Shown here: in pieces, positions 10,600-21,108 of the stretch
Numbering within the stretch: position 1 is the stretch's first letter
Layout: every line of letters begins with the position of its first letter
NCBI RefSeq assembly: GCF_006345805.1
Contig: NW_021836161.1
Coordinates: forward strand, 1 to 64,000
Direction of reading: 5' to 3'
DNA length: 64,000 bases
From: Octopus sinensis
Lineage: Eukaryota
Notes under the pieces: model-generated
Seen by the model: the letters and a program-made list of their open reading frames with translations, nothing else
Databases searched by the model: none
Told to the model about the DNA's origin: nothing
Position numbers and translations under genes: made by a program

Positions 10600-12150
10600 G
10601 TATCAGTTATGCAAGTGGAGTAAATATGGAATGAGAACTTTTCAATTTGAATTATTTTACTCGCAACCAGTGGCTGGTCTATAATCACCATTGAATCCAA
10701 ACATTAGTAATGAATTGTTATCACAATTAGAATAGGCAACCTGAAATGACTACAGGAAGACAAAGATGAGTGACAAATGTTAATAACCTTGAAGCACTAC
10801 ACGAAGATGTTTGAAACCGGTGTCAAGTCAACAAGTTTAGAGTCAGTAAATCAAGTGAAAACTTATCTTAATCCATTACTTATTCACAGAAAAAGAATTC
10901 CGATGTTTATCAGTTACAAACAACAAAAGGGTCAATCATGCCACAAGTTCGGTTATGAAGGTTTTTGTTCAGCTAATCATTGAAGGGAAGTAAGCAAATG
11001 TCTACCCATTCAAGGGAAGTAAGCAAAATGCCTCGTTCTAAGTTTTCTGCTCGTTAAATCAAGTAAATGCAATATATTCTTGTTTGAAAGTGGATAAAAA
11101 TAAACAACTAAATATTTAATTGATTCAATAAGCGATACTTCAGTTAAACTACAGTTAGAGACAGCAACTGACATCATGATGATATCTCGCAAAGCTTGGA
11201 GGTAACTTAGTTGAATGATAGTTGACACAGAACCCATTGCTAAGAATGCATCAGATGATAATTCACAATTTATAGGTATGATAAAATGTACTCGTACAGT
11301 ACACTTTGATTCAAATCTTTTTTAAGGGAGCTGCTTAGTTTTATTTCGTTTAGATAGGATTACTGAACTAGGCTTATGTAGTGAGCCACTGAACTCGATT
11401 TGCTTATATTGGGACGCTTCGAGTGGTTCTAACAATTTGTTCATTCCAAGTTGCATTAACTGATTCTTTAACACATTTACTGAAAGAAAAATACCCTCTC
11501 GTTTTCATGGCTTCGTGTGGCGGGGGCTTTGTGAATTATACAAAGTAAGTTTGTTGTTAGTCTAATCCAAAACCTGTATTTAGGTCTCACTCACCAGTTC
11601 CATCTCAAGACGACGAGAGTTAGAACCATAATAAAACCAATTCAACGTGGTCAGAGAGATTAGTTGATACTTTTGAGTTAAGAGGGAAGAAAACCAACGC
11701 TGAAATAATACCAAAGTTTTACTGGTTCATTGATCATGACCTAGATGCCCCTGAAGAGATGTCACCAGCAGAACTTATGTTGCGGAGAATAATTCGAGCA
11801 ACCATAGAGAATGTTCTGCTACATGATTGTTGAAAAGAAATAAAACAACGTTTAAATGACTAGTACAAGAGGTACAAGACGCAGTTCCGTCCGGAAAAAT
11901 CAGTGTGGGTACGGCAATTTAGAAAGGAAAATTCAGTTTGGTCGTCCGGTAGAGTTTACATGCGACATGGAAAAGTTACTTATGAAATTCGAATGGGTAT
12001 TCAAATCTGGATAATTCATGTTAATCATCTAAAAATAAAAGAGAGAAATAATTCTGAATGATAGAGATCAAAGAAGCGGAATAACTCTGAACATTCTGAT
12101 AGAAGGATTCAGTTTACCTTCATCACACTGACATACTCAAAAGAACGATT
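10600..12150 (+). pseudogene. Decayed Ty3/Gypsy pol remnant (integrase C-terminus clearest)
   Basis: MSPAELMLRRIIRAT (about 11759) and FRPEKSVWVRQFRKENSVWSSGRVYMRHGKVTYEIRMGIQIWIIHVNHLKIK (about 11885-12040) match the SPAELLFGR and VWVR...W..G...Y.V...H.NQLR patterns of Gypsy integrases. The upstream boundary is uncertain. Confidence 0.6.
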
Positions 12151-12159
12151 TTTGAAGTC

Positions 12160-12840
12160 AGACTCCAAACGCCAAATAGGATAAATTTAGATCCGCACAA
12201 AATGTCCTTTGACAATAGAATTTAATTTTTGAGGGGAAATTTGTTAGGGATAAGATGATCAATAAGTTAATGTGGCATGTGGACGTGGGGTTCATCTCAC
12301 CGCGTCTCTCACATGTGGGCATTGTTGCTGAGGATTTTTGTTTAACAGGCAATTTGTTTTGCCGATTGTTATAATACTGCATTTATTCAAGGAAAAAGAG
12401 CTCTTTCTTCTTCGCTGGCATGTAGTAGTTTATAATTAGCTTGTCTGCTACTTCAGGCTCAAAATCACAATCACAGCTATTTGTCTTGTCGCTTTTCCTT
12501 CTGTTCCTGAATTCTCTTACTTACCTTCAATACATTTTTGGCTAGAACGCACTATTCTTTGGTCACGACATACCACAGAGCGTTCCAAGACCGATTTCAC
12601 TGTACTGGTGTTGTATTATACCTTTAACAAACCCCATCGCTTCCATTCTTGGTAAATAAAACCAGTGGATATTCTATTGATATTAGCCGTATGTAATTCT
12701 TGTAGATCTCTGTTTCCACACTTCTGAAAAAGAGCTGAGTATCTCAACACTAGTATGACTCGTGTATTGCCTATCTTGATAGTAATTTTTCCATTCAGTC
12801 TTGATTCCTTCGAATGCTGTATGACTATAAGGATGATCAC
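12160..12840 (-). pseudogene. Possible Gypsy gag remnant in opposite orientation
   Basis: RYSALFQKCGNRDLQELHTANINR and CERRGEMNPTSTC loosely resemble invertebrate Gypsy gag and a Zn-knuckle; weak. Confidence 0.3.
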
Positions 12841-12876
12841 AATACATAATTACCTATTATCAATGACTTATTATCA

Positions 12877-13037
12877 GACGCAGGCGTTTCTGTGTGGTAA
12901 GTAGCTTGCTTACCAACCACATAGTTCCCGGTTCAGACCCACTGCGTAGCACCTTGGGCAACTGTCTTCTACTATAGCCTTGGGCCGACCAAAGCCTTGT
13001 GAGTAGATTTGGTAGACGGAAACTGAAAGCAGCCTGT

Positions 13038-13094
<57 letters not shown>

Positions 13095-13304
13095 TTGTGT
13101 GTCTGTGTTTTGTGCCCCCATCATCGCTTGAGAACTGATGCTGGTGTGTTTAAGTCCCCGTAACTTAGCGGTTCAGCAAAAGAGACTTATAGAATTAGTA
13201 CTAGGTTTACTGGGGTCGATTTGCTTTACTAAGATCGATTTGCTCGACTAAGGGCGGTGCTCTAGCATGGCCGCAGTCAATTGACTGAAACAAATAAATG
13301 AGAG
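12877..13304 (+). mobile_element. SINE family A, full length
   Basis: Head, (TA)n(TG)n interior and 3' half all present. Confidence 0.88.
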
Positions 13305-13557
13305 ACTACAATATCCTGCTTTTTCTTTCTTTCCTACTATTCTTTCTAGTCGCAAAAATTATGTTTCGTATCACCCTCATTTCATTGTTTTCCAGGACTA
13401 TTATTTCTTTTACCACAAAATGACCCTAACTCTTCTTTCTCAAAACCACAGCTAATGACCTCACCCATTTTGGTATTAATCGCACACTAGCCCTCGACCT
13501 TTTGCTAGAATATGAATTCTACAGTCTTCCCAATCATACCATATTTATTTTCGAATG

Positions 13558-13976
13558 TGTGGAGGCGCAATGGCCCAGTGGTTAGGGCAGCGGACTCGCG
13601 GTCATAGGATCGCGGTTTCGATTCCCAGACCGGGCGTTGTGAGTGTTTATTGAGCGAAAACACCTAAAGCTCCGCGAGGCTCCGGCAGGGGATGGTGGTG
13701 ATCCCTGCTGTACTCTTTCACCACAACTTTCTTTCACCACAACTTTCTTTCACCACAACTTTCTCTCACTCTTACTTCCTGTTTCTGTTGTACCTGTATT
13801 TCAAAGGGCCAGCCTTGTCACTCTCTGTGTCACGCTGAATATCCCCGAAAACTACGTTAAGGGTGCACGTGTCTGTGGAGTGCTCAGCCACTTACACGTT
13901 AATTTCACGAGCAGGCTGTTCCGTTGATTCGGATCAACCGGAACCCTCATCGTCGTAACCGACGGAGTGCTTCCAT
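13558..13976 (+). mobile_element. SINE family B with an internal 16-bp triplication
   Basis: (ctttcaccacaacttt)x3 at about 13715-13763; TSD ttcgaat at 13550-13556 and 13978-13984. Confidence 0.92.
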
Positions 13977-14310
13977 ATTCGAATCTACAATCTCGACGAT
14001 CTATAGTTGTTTTAACACTTTTTTCTGTAAGGTCATTTTGCTGTAGAGCTAAAAATCATTATTTCAGACTTTTCTTCAATACTTTTCAGTTAACCTGAAT
14101 CAGCTGTATATGTTATGCTTAATCTATTTTCTATCTATAAAATGCACTCAAAACAGAGTTTCTTTTCTTTAACGTTTGATTTCTTCTTTTCCACAATTTC
14201 CCGTTTTCTATATTTGGATTTTAAACAATCTAGATATTATTCTGCATATGCGAACTCTTCTCAGAGTTTCCGCTTTTTTGTTCCACACGGGCGCAAGGTA
14301 TCTAGATAGT

Positions 14311-14445
14311 CTGTGTGGTTAAGAAGATTGCTCTTCAACCCATTGTTCGGGTCCAGTCCCACTACACCGCATCTTGAATGGGTGTCTTCTACTCTAGTAT
14401 TGTGCGTGGATTTGGTGGACAGAATCTTCAAAAAATCCTGTCGTA
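14311..14445 (+). mobile_element. SINE family A-like 5' fragment, diverged
   Basis: ctgtgtggttaagaagattgct...gggtccagtcccact...gtggatttggtggacagaa. Confidence 0.6.
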
Positions 14446-14469
14446 TATATATATATATATATATATATA

Positions 14470-14685
14470 TACTATTTCTTTACTACCCACAAGGGGCTAA
14501 ACACGGAGGGGGACGAACAAGGACAGACAAACAGAATAAGTCGATTATATCGACCTCAGTGCGTAACTGGTACTTATTTAATCGACCCCGAAAGGATGAA
14601 AGGCAAAGTCGACTTCGGCGGAATTTGAACTCAGGACGTAGCGACAGACGAAATGCTGCTGAGCATTTCGCCCGGCGTGCTGACT
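14470..14685 (-). mobile_element. SINE family C lacking the first ~20 nt
   Basis: Body and tail match family C; it directly abuts the B-variant copy. Confidence 0.85.
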
Positions 14686-14980
14686 CCTTCTCGAGCCACG
14701 CCTGTCTCATAAGAGGCGGTTTCCCGGTTTCCTTGGCGTATACGTTCCCCAACTGGATGGGACGCCGGTCCATCGCAGGTGAGTTACAAGATGCAGGAGG
14801 AAGGGATGAGAGAAAGTTGTGGTGAAAAAGTCAGCAGAAGTTCGCCATTACCTTCTGCCGGAGCCGCGTGCACCCTAGGGGATTCGCTCATAAACACACA
14901 CATCACCCGGTCTGAGATTCGAACCCGCGATCCCTCAACCGCGAGTCCGCTGCTCTAACCACTAGGCCATGTCCCTCCAG
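14686..14980 (-). mobile_element. SINE family B variant (B head and 5' body, different 3' module)
   Basis: Head ggagggacatggcctagtggttagagcagcggactcgcgg and caccacaactttctctca are shared with B; the 3' part cctgcgatggaccggcgtcccatccag...ggaaaccggga differs. Confidence 0.8.
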
Positions 14981-15018
<38 letters not shown>

Positions 15019-15162
15019 TATATATACACACACACAAGTGTATAAACGTTGAATTTGGATTCATCCTTTAAGTGGAGGTTTCCAAAAAGATTTCAAATGC
15101 TGATTCTTCATACATTCCTGGGAGTTTACAAGAGTAAATTTGCGAAGATATGAAATTAGTAT

Positions 15163-15946
15163 TTGTATATAATATATGGTGAATTTATGGAATGAAGTTC
15201 CATAAAGCCCATCAATTTTCTTTAAAATGGAGGAGACAAGTTGTTAAAATTTATAAGAAGCTTAATTCTTGCAGACGATCGTTTCGCACAGATAAAATCA
15301 GAATATAAATTCATGATTGAATTAAAGTAAATTAATTAAATATCGACGTATTATCTAGTATTAGCTTCTCATATACCACTTCCTCGCGATAAACCTCATG
15401 CCTAAGTATAGAAATTGTAAAAATACTCTATACTACGTATTGATTTCAGCGGTTAGTTCTAATTTTCATTTAAATTCAGGATTGTATTCCCTTTGCACAT
15501 TTCTCATACTTATTTGTCCCACGCTTCTTATGTGGCGCTATAATTTCTAACTTCCATACTCACCTATAGAGGGGACATCTCCGACACATCTTTACTTATA
15601 TTCTAAAATAACCGTTGAAGCCGTTAATTAGGTTAAATATCCGACATGACTCCCATCTCTTTCTCACACAGATAAGAATATAAATCTCCTAGATCCATTT
15701 TTTTCTGCTATATTTCTTTAAGTTCCTTCTATTGTGGTTTCTTTCCTTCCTGCAGTGAAGAGTACGTTCATATTTAATTAATTTAAATTAATTCAATCAT
15801 GAATTTATATTATTGTTATATCTATACTCGAAACGATCATCTGCAAGAATTAAACTTACAAATTTTAATTTGCCTACTCCATTTTGAATAAAATTGATGA
15901 GATTTATGGAACATCATTCCATAAATTCACAATATATTATATACAA
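15163..15946. mobile_element. Fold-back/MITE-like element with ~185-bp diverged inverted arms
   Basis: 15163-15350 is the approximate reverse complement of 15763-15946 (gtgaatttatggaatga...ttccataaa...aattcttgcaga.gatcgtttcg...aatataaattcatgattgaatt). Confidence 0.7.
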
Positions 15947-16892
15947 GTCTATGTATATATATATATATGCATACGTGGTGTTTGAGCGCGTTCGCATAAT
16001 TTTTCCCTCTACTACTCGGAAAACATTAGTTTGTGTACGGCCCTGTCACTTAACCATTCCTCGGACACCACCGTTTGAAATTTGAATCAGAATTTCTTAT
16101 TAAAAAAGAAAAAAAATAAGAACTGGGTTGGGTTTCTTCGACTTAAACCCTTCAAAGCGGTGTTCAACACGGCCGTAGTCTAATGACTTATAGATGTAGA
16201 AGGTTTTAAAAAAATAAAGATCGGAAGTTACACATGTTTTCTCCCTTGTTCTGCTATCACGTCTACACATTTATCACACTCACCTTTTGCTCTTTTCCAG
16301 AATAACTATTCCACATCTGACCGAGGAAGCAGGTCGTATATTGTAAGTAATTTCCCCGCTTTCTTGCTTATATTTTACTACACATTGTTTCATTACTTAT
16401 TAGTGAAACGTTCGACAAGTTTCCTGCTTCTATAACCTTTCTCGTATTCAAATAACATTTAAATTTGTCGTTACTATTTATTGTGCAGTTCCTATTTTTC
16501 TATAATTTTTATTTCGTCCCTATCAACTAGTTACGTATATTCATGTATTTCTCCTACACGTTTTGGTTTTTACTTGTTCCCGGTTTGAAACTTGATAACC
16601 ACCAGAGTTATTAATAGATCAATCCCAGTACTTCTTTTGTGAGGCCTCGTACTTAGAGTCTGTCATTATGTTTTGCTGAAGTAATGCGCTGCGGTGACAT
16701 AATCAAACCACGACATTTTGCATAACGGTGAAGGATAGAAACACAATGTCACAAACAATATATATATTGTCTTGAATGGGCTGGAGTATTTCTATTTTGG
16801 ATGTATTTGGGGTACTTAATTGTGCTCATGACTTAGTGTTTTGCTTCTTCCATGGGTATGAGTAAGTATCTCATTTATTTCTTTGCCACATT

Positions 16893-16945
16893 TATCACTG
16901 ACGAAGGGAGGGTTCTTACGAACTAACCCTGAAATCGGTCCGATA
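16893..16945 (+). ncRNA. Type I hammerhead ribozyme-like motif (near-intact)
   Basis: TATCA-CTGACGA-AGGG...CCCT-GAAA-TCG-GTC-CGATA: full core and GUC site; one mismatch in helix I and a U.G pair in helix III. Confidence 0.55.
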
Positions 16946-17400
16946 TGGTAATAATGGAATTTTTTAGAAATTTCTTTCGGCTTTTTTTCGTGTAGCGTGA
17001 TAAATTATATGGTAATGGGAAATATGTCCAATTTTCGGCATGTTTGGCATTAGAAAATGTTTCGTTTGCCCTTATTTATAAGTTGTATATATATATATTC
17101 TTTAGTATATAAACTAAACCTTATTTTAAAAGTATGAAAACTCAGTCATGTTTTTTTAGATAATGTTATAATAATAATTATAATTATATACTACCCATTA
17201 TTACTAAACAGTAGCACTTAGTCATACAAAAATATATAATATTAATTGGTTAATTTACGATACCTTAGATTTTTTTATTTAATTGTTGGCCGTACGTTAT
17301 ACAATTGTAATTGAAAATTTAAAAATCAAATTTTGAACTTCGTTTTTGGATTTGGTTTGCAAGATTCTTTACCTGAGTTCGTGTGTTGAAGCATATTTTG

Positions 17401-17609
17401 TTGTGTCTTTGGAGAGTCATTTCTTTTTCGTGTCTTATAATGTAACACACTCACCGGTAAATACCGGACAAAGTCAAGACTATTGAAAAGGTTGCAAGAG
17501 GCAACGAAAATTTTAGGAAAATAAAAAATAAGGAATAATTGGAAATTTTACCTGTGAGTGTGTTTTACATTATAAAGCACAAAAAGAAAATTACTCTCCC
17601 CAGACACAA
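17401..17609. mobile_element. Small inverted-repeat (MITE-like) remnant
   Basis: 17401-17461 pairs with 17547-17609 (ttgtgtct..ggagagt.atttctttt...tataatgtaa.acacactcac.ggtaaa). Confidence 0.6.
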
Positions 17610-18666
17610 TAGAATTGAATTTTGAAATTTAGTTTAAATGTTACGTCCTATATTTAAGAATAATAATAAAATAATAGATTTTAAATAATATAAAACGTAA
17701 CACTTATGTATCCCCAAATATTCGAATTGAGAGTCTAAAGAAGTAACTTACCTGATTGGTTGTTTTCGATAATACGTAGATTACATAAATTAAAAAAAGA
17801 TAAAAGCTTGTTCCTATGATGCATAAATTTCCTGTTCCCCTGACAGTACTATATAAAGGATTAGATACACCAGTAGAACTTCTTGACATTTATTTGTTGT
17901 ACCTCCTATACATAGGTATTATCAAACGCGGATTTTACCTTATTTGCAACATGTAGCTATGTCTAATTTTTGCCGAGGAAAGAAAAGTTAACGTATGTTT
18001 TATTTTCGTCTCTATTTTTATTTCATTATTATTCCATTTTTATTTCGTATTTGTTTATTCGCAATTCTTTATTTGGAATTTTTACTCGTATTTTTTCTCT
18101 TTAAAATTTTTTCTTTAAATGTTTTTTTTTTAATGTTTATTCATTGAGTTTTATTCCTTGAATTTCTATTTTATTTTTTTATTCCTTAAATTTTTACTCC
18201 TTACATTTTTAATATTCAGTTATTTTTATTTAGTATTTGTATTTTTATTCATATGTACATGTTAAATAAGATTATATTGAAGATATAGAGTGACATAGAA
18301 GTATATAAGAGATAGGGGTAGCGAAAAATGTTGAGGAATCCAGAAGATTAGGAGTATGTCGACTCGAGAAAATATTAAAACTAGATACCTCGTATCTAAT
18401 CAATACCGACGAACTTTCATGAAACACGTATAGTCTTACAAACGAAAAATACAGGATTTAAAATAGATATAGTTAGTATAAGAATTTAATTTTTAACATT
18501 TTATGGAGTGGTCGAGTATAAAACCTTTCAGTGTTGATTGAGTTGAAGGTGGCTCTGTCTCTAAAATTCTTCAATTTGCAATTTCTTCAATTTAGAGTAA
18601 AGAATGAAAAACAATTAAATTATTGAAAGATTAAATGAAAGGTTTTTTAAAAAAATATTGCCATAA

Positions 18667-19754
18667 TTTTCAAAGGCAAGGGACATTTGCTTTTTTCACA
18701 CTGCCTCTGTCTCTCCTTTTTACACTTGTGGGTTCTAGGTAGTTAGCAGCAGCTAGTTTGATGTGAATTCTTTTCCTTGATTGTTTAAGCAGCAGTAGTA
18801 GTAGAGAAAGGATGTGGAGGAGAAGAAGAAAAAGAAGAAAGGGCGGGAATGTTATGACCATTGCTGGACGTTGGTGGAATCCTCTTAAATGGTCAAAAAT
18901 TCAATCTTCCAAACGCACACCATCATAAAGAGTAAAAGATAGCCCAAATCTATGAAAAGTCTCCTAACACAAGCCCGAATACGCTCAAGAACAACACTGA
19001 AGCTGTCAGTAAAAGAAATGCCGAAGACCTAGCTGTGATATGTGCGGCAACGTAATTGAGGGATCAGAGCTCTTTTTCAAGCAGGGTCAACATCTCACAG
19101 TGAAAAGCAACTTTACATGTGCTTCGGAGAACCTGGTATGTGTATTAAGCTGCTCAGGGTGTTGGGAGCAATACATAGGTCAAATCAAAAATAATCTACG
19201 TCAAAGGATGGCTCTGCACAAATCCCTGATCAAAATTCTGAAAAACAGAAAACAGCATTCAGCGAACACATCTACATTTGCGCCAATAACAAACAACCCA
19301 GATTCAGAACATTTCCATTCTATCAATTCAGGGACAATACAACATATAATCAGCATATTAAGAATGTGTTATTCTTTATCACAAACTATAGACCACTTTT
19401 GAATGCATCTAACACAAATGACACTATCACCAGCGTCTTAGAATAGTACATATGCGAATACTAACAAGGATATGTTCAAAACAGTCACTTCAAAACAATT
19501 CCAATCACTATTATTCCAAACAGTACGGGTCACTTTTTGGTCACTTGACCATTGAAGAGGATTCCACCAACATCCTCCTAATGTCATACCACTCCCGTAT
19601 TTCTTCTTCTTCGCTACTTCTTTCTCTACTACTGTTTTTGCTTAAAGAAATCAAAGACAAGAATTCATAACAAACTAGCTTCTAACTAATTAGAATCCAC
19701 AAGAGTATAAAACAGACAGACTGGTAAAAGGAAAATGTCCTTTGCATTTGAAAA
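18667..19754 (+). mobile_element. Penelope-like element fragment: Cys-motif linker plus GIY-YIG endonuclease, bracketed by ~220-bp inverted repeats
   Basis: About 19015-19230 encodes CRRPSCDMC (frameshifted) and FTCASENLVCVLSCSGCWEQYIGQIKNNLRQRMALHKS, typical of the PLE GIY-YIG domain; 18667-18896 is an inverted copy of 19545-19754. Confidence 0.8.
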
Positions 19755-19757
19755 CTA

Positions 19758-20164
19758 TACTCTTTTACTTGTTTCAGTCATTTGACTGCGGCCATGCTGG
19801 AGCACCGCCTTTGGTCGATCAAATCGACCCCGGGACTTATTCTTTTGTAAGCCCAGTACTTATTCTATCGGTCTCTTTTGCCGAACCGCTAAGTAACGGG
19901 GACGTAAACACACCAGCATCGGTTGTCAAGCAATGCTAGGGGGACAAACACAGACACACACACACACACACAGATATATATATATGTATATATATATATA
20001 CAAAAGGCTTCTTTCAGTTTCCGTCTACCAAATCCACTCACAAGGCATTGGTCGGCCCGGGGCTATAGCAGAAGACACTTCCCCAAGATGCCACGCAGTG
20101 GGACCGAACCCGCAACCATGTAGTTGGTTAGCAAGCTACTTACCACACAGCCACTCCTGCGCCT
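19758..20164 (-). mobile_element. SINE family A, full length
   Basis: Reverse complement of the family A consensus. Confidence 0.9.
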
Positions 20165-20358
20165 ATGATAACAATAATTTTTAAAATATTTCATTTAATT
20201 TTTCCACAATTTAATTGTTTTCATGCTTGAAAAACTCCCAAAAGCTGAAACTGGTTTAAAATGTTCTTTATGATAAAAAATATTTTAGCATTTTTTACCA
20301 TATTTTCTTTATGCATATCAACTCGTGCGTTTCTTTTCAACCTTCTACACATATGTAT

Positions 20359-20716
20359 GCGCAGGAGTGGCTGTGTGGTTAGAAGCTTGCTTCCCAACCA
20401 CATGGTTCCGAGGTCAGTCCTTCTGTGTGGCTCCTTAGGTAAGTGTCTTCTGCAATAGTGAATTTGGTAGATGGAAACTGAAAATAGCCCGTCGTATGAA
20501 TATGCGTGTTTTCGTGTGTTCGTATGGCTGTGTTTGTTCAACCACAATCGGTTGTCAAGCGATGGTGGTGTGTTTAGGTCCCCGTAATTTAGCGGTTCGG
20601 ATAAATGGATTGATAGAATAAATAGTAGGCTTACAAATAAGTTCTGCTGTCGATTTGTTCGACTAAAGGCGATGCTCCAGCATGGCCTCAGCCAAATGCC
20701 TGAAACAAGTAAAAGA
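20359..20716 (+). mobile_element. SINE family A, diverged
   Basis: gcgcaggagtggctgtgtgg head through tgaaacaagtaaaaga tail. Confidence 0.8.
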
Positions 20717-20721
20717 ACATA

Positions 20722-21108
20722 TACTCTTTACTCTTTTACTTGTTTCAGTCATTTGACTGCGGCCATGCTGGAGCACCGCCTTTAGTCGAGCAAATCGACC
20801 CCGGGACTTATTCTTTGTAAGCCCAGTACTTATTCAATTGGTCTCTTTTGCCGAACCGCTAAGTGACGGGGACGTAAACACACCAGCATCGGTTGTCAAG
20901 CAATGCTAGTGGTACAAACACAGACACACATACATACATATATACGACGGGCTTCTTTCAGTTTCCGTCTAACAAATCCACTCAGACGGCATTGGTCGAC
21001 CCGGGGCTATAGCAGAAGACACTTGCCCAAGATGCCATGCAGTGGCACTGAACCCGGAACCACGTGGTTGGTTAGCAAGCAGCTTACCACACAGCCACTC
21101 CTGCGCCT
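20722..21108 (-). mobile_element. SINE family A, full length, tail-to-tail with the previous copy
   Basis: Reverse complement of the family A consensus. Confidence 0.9.

Noticed and set aside
16660-16760. CTGAAGT...GAAAC-ACAAT-GTC motif
   Set aside because: A9 is missing and the helices are unconvincing.
18405-18436. CCGACGA-ACTTTCAT-GAAAC-AC-GTA motif
   Set aside because: Core mutated and helices I and II do not pair; counted only as a possible remnant.
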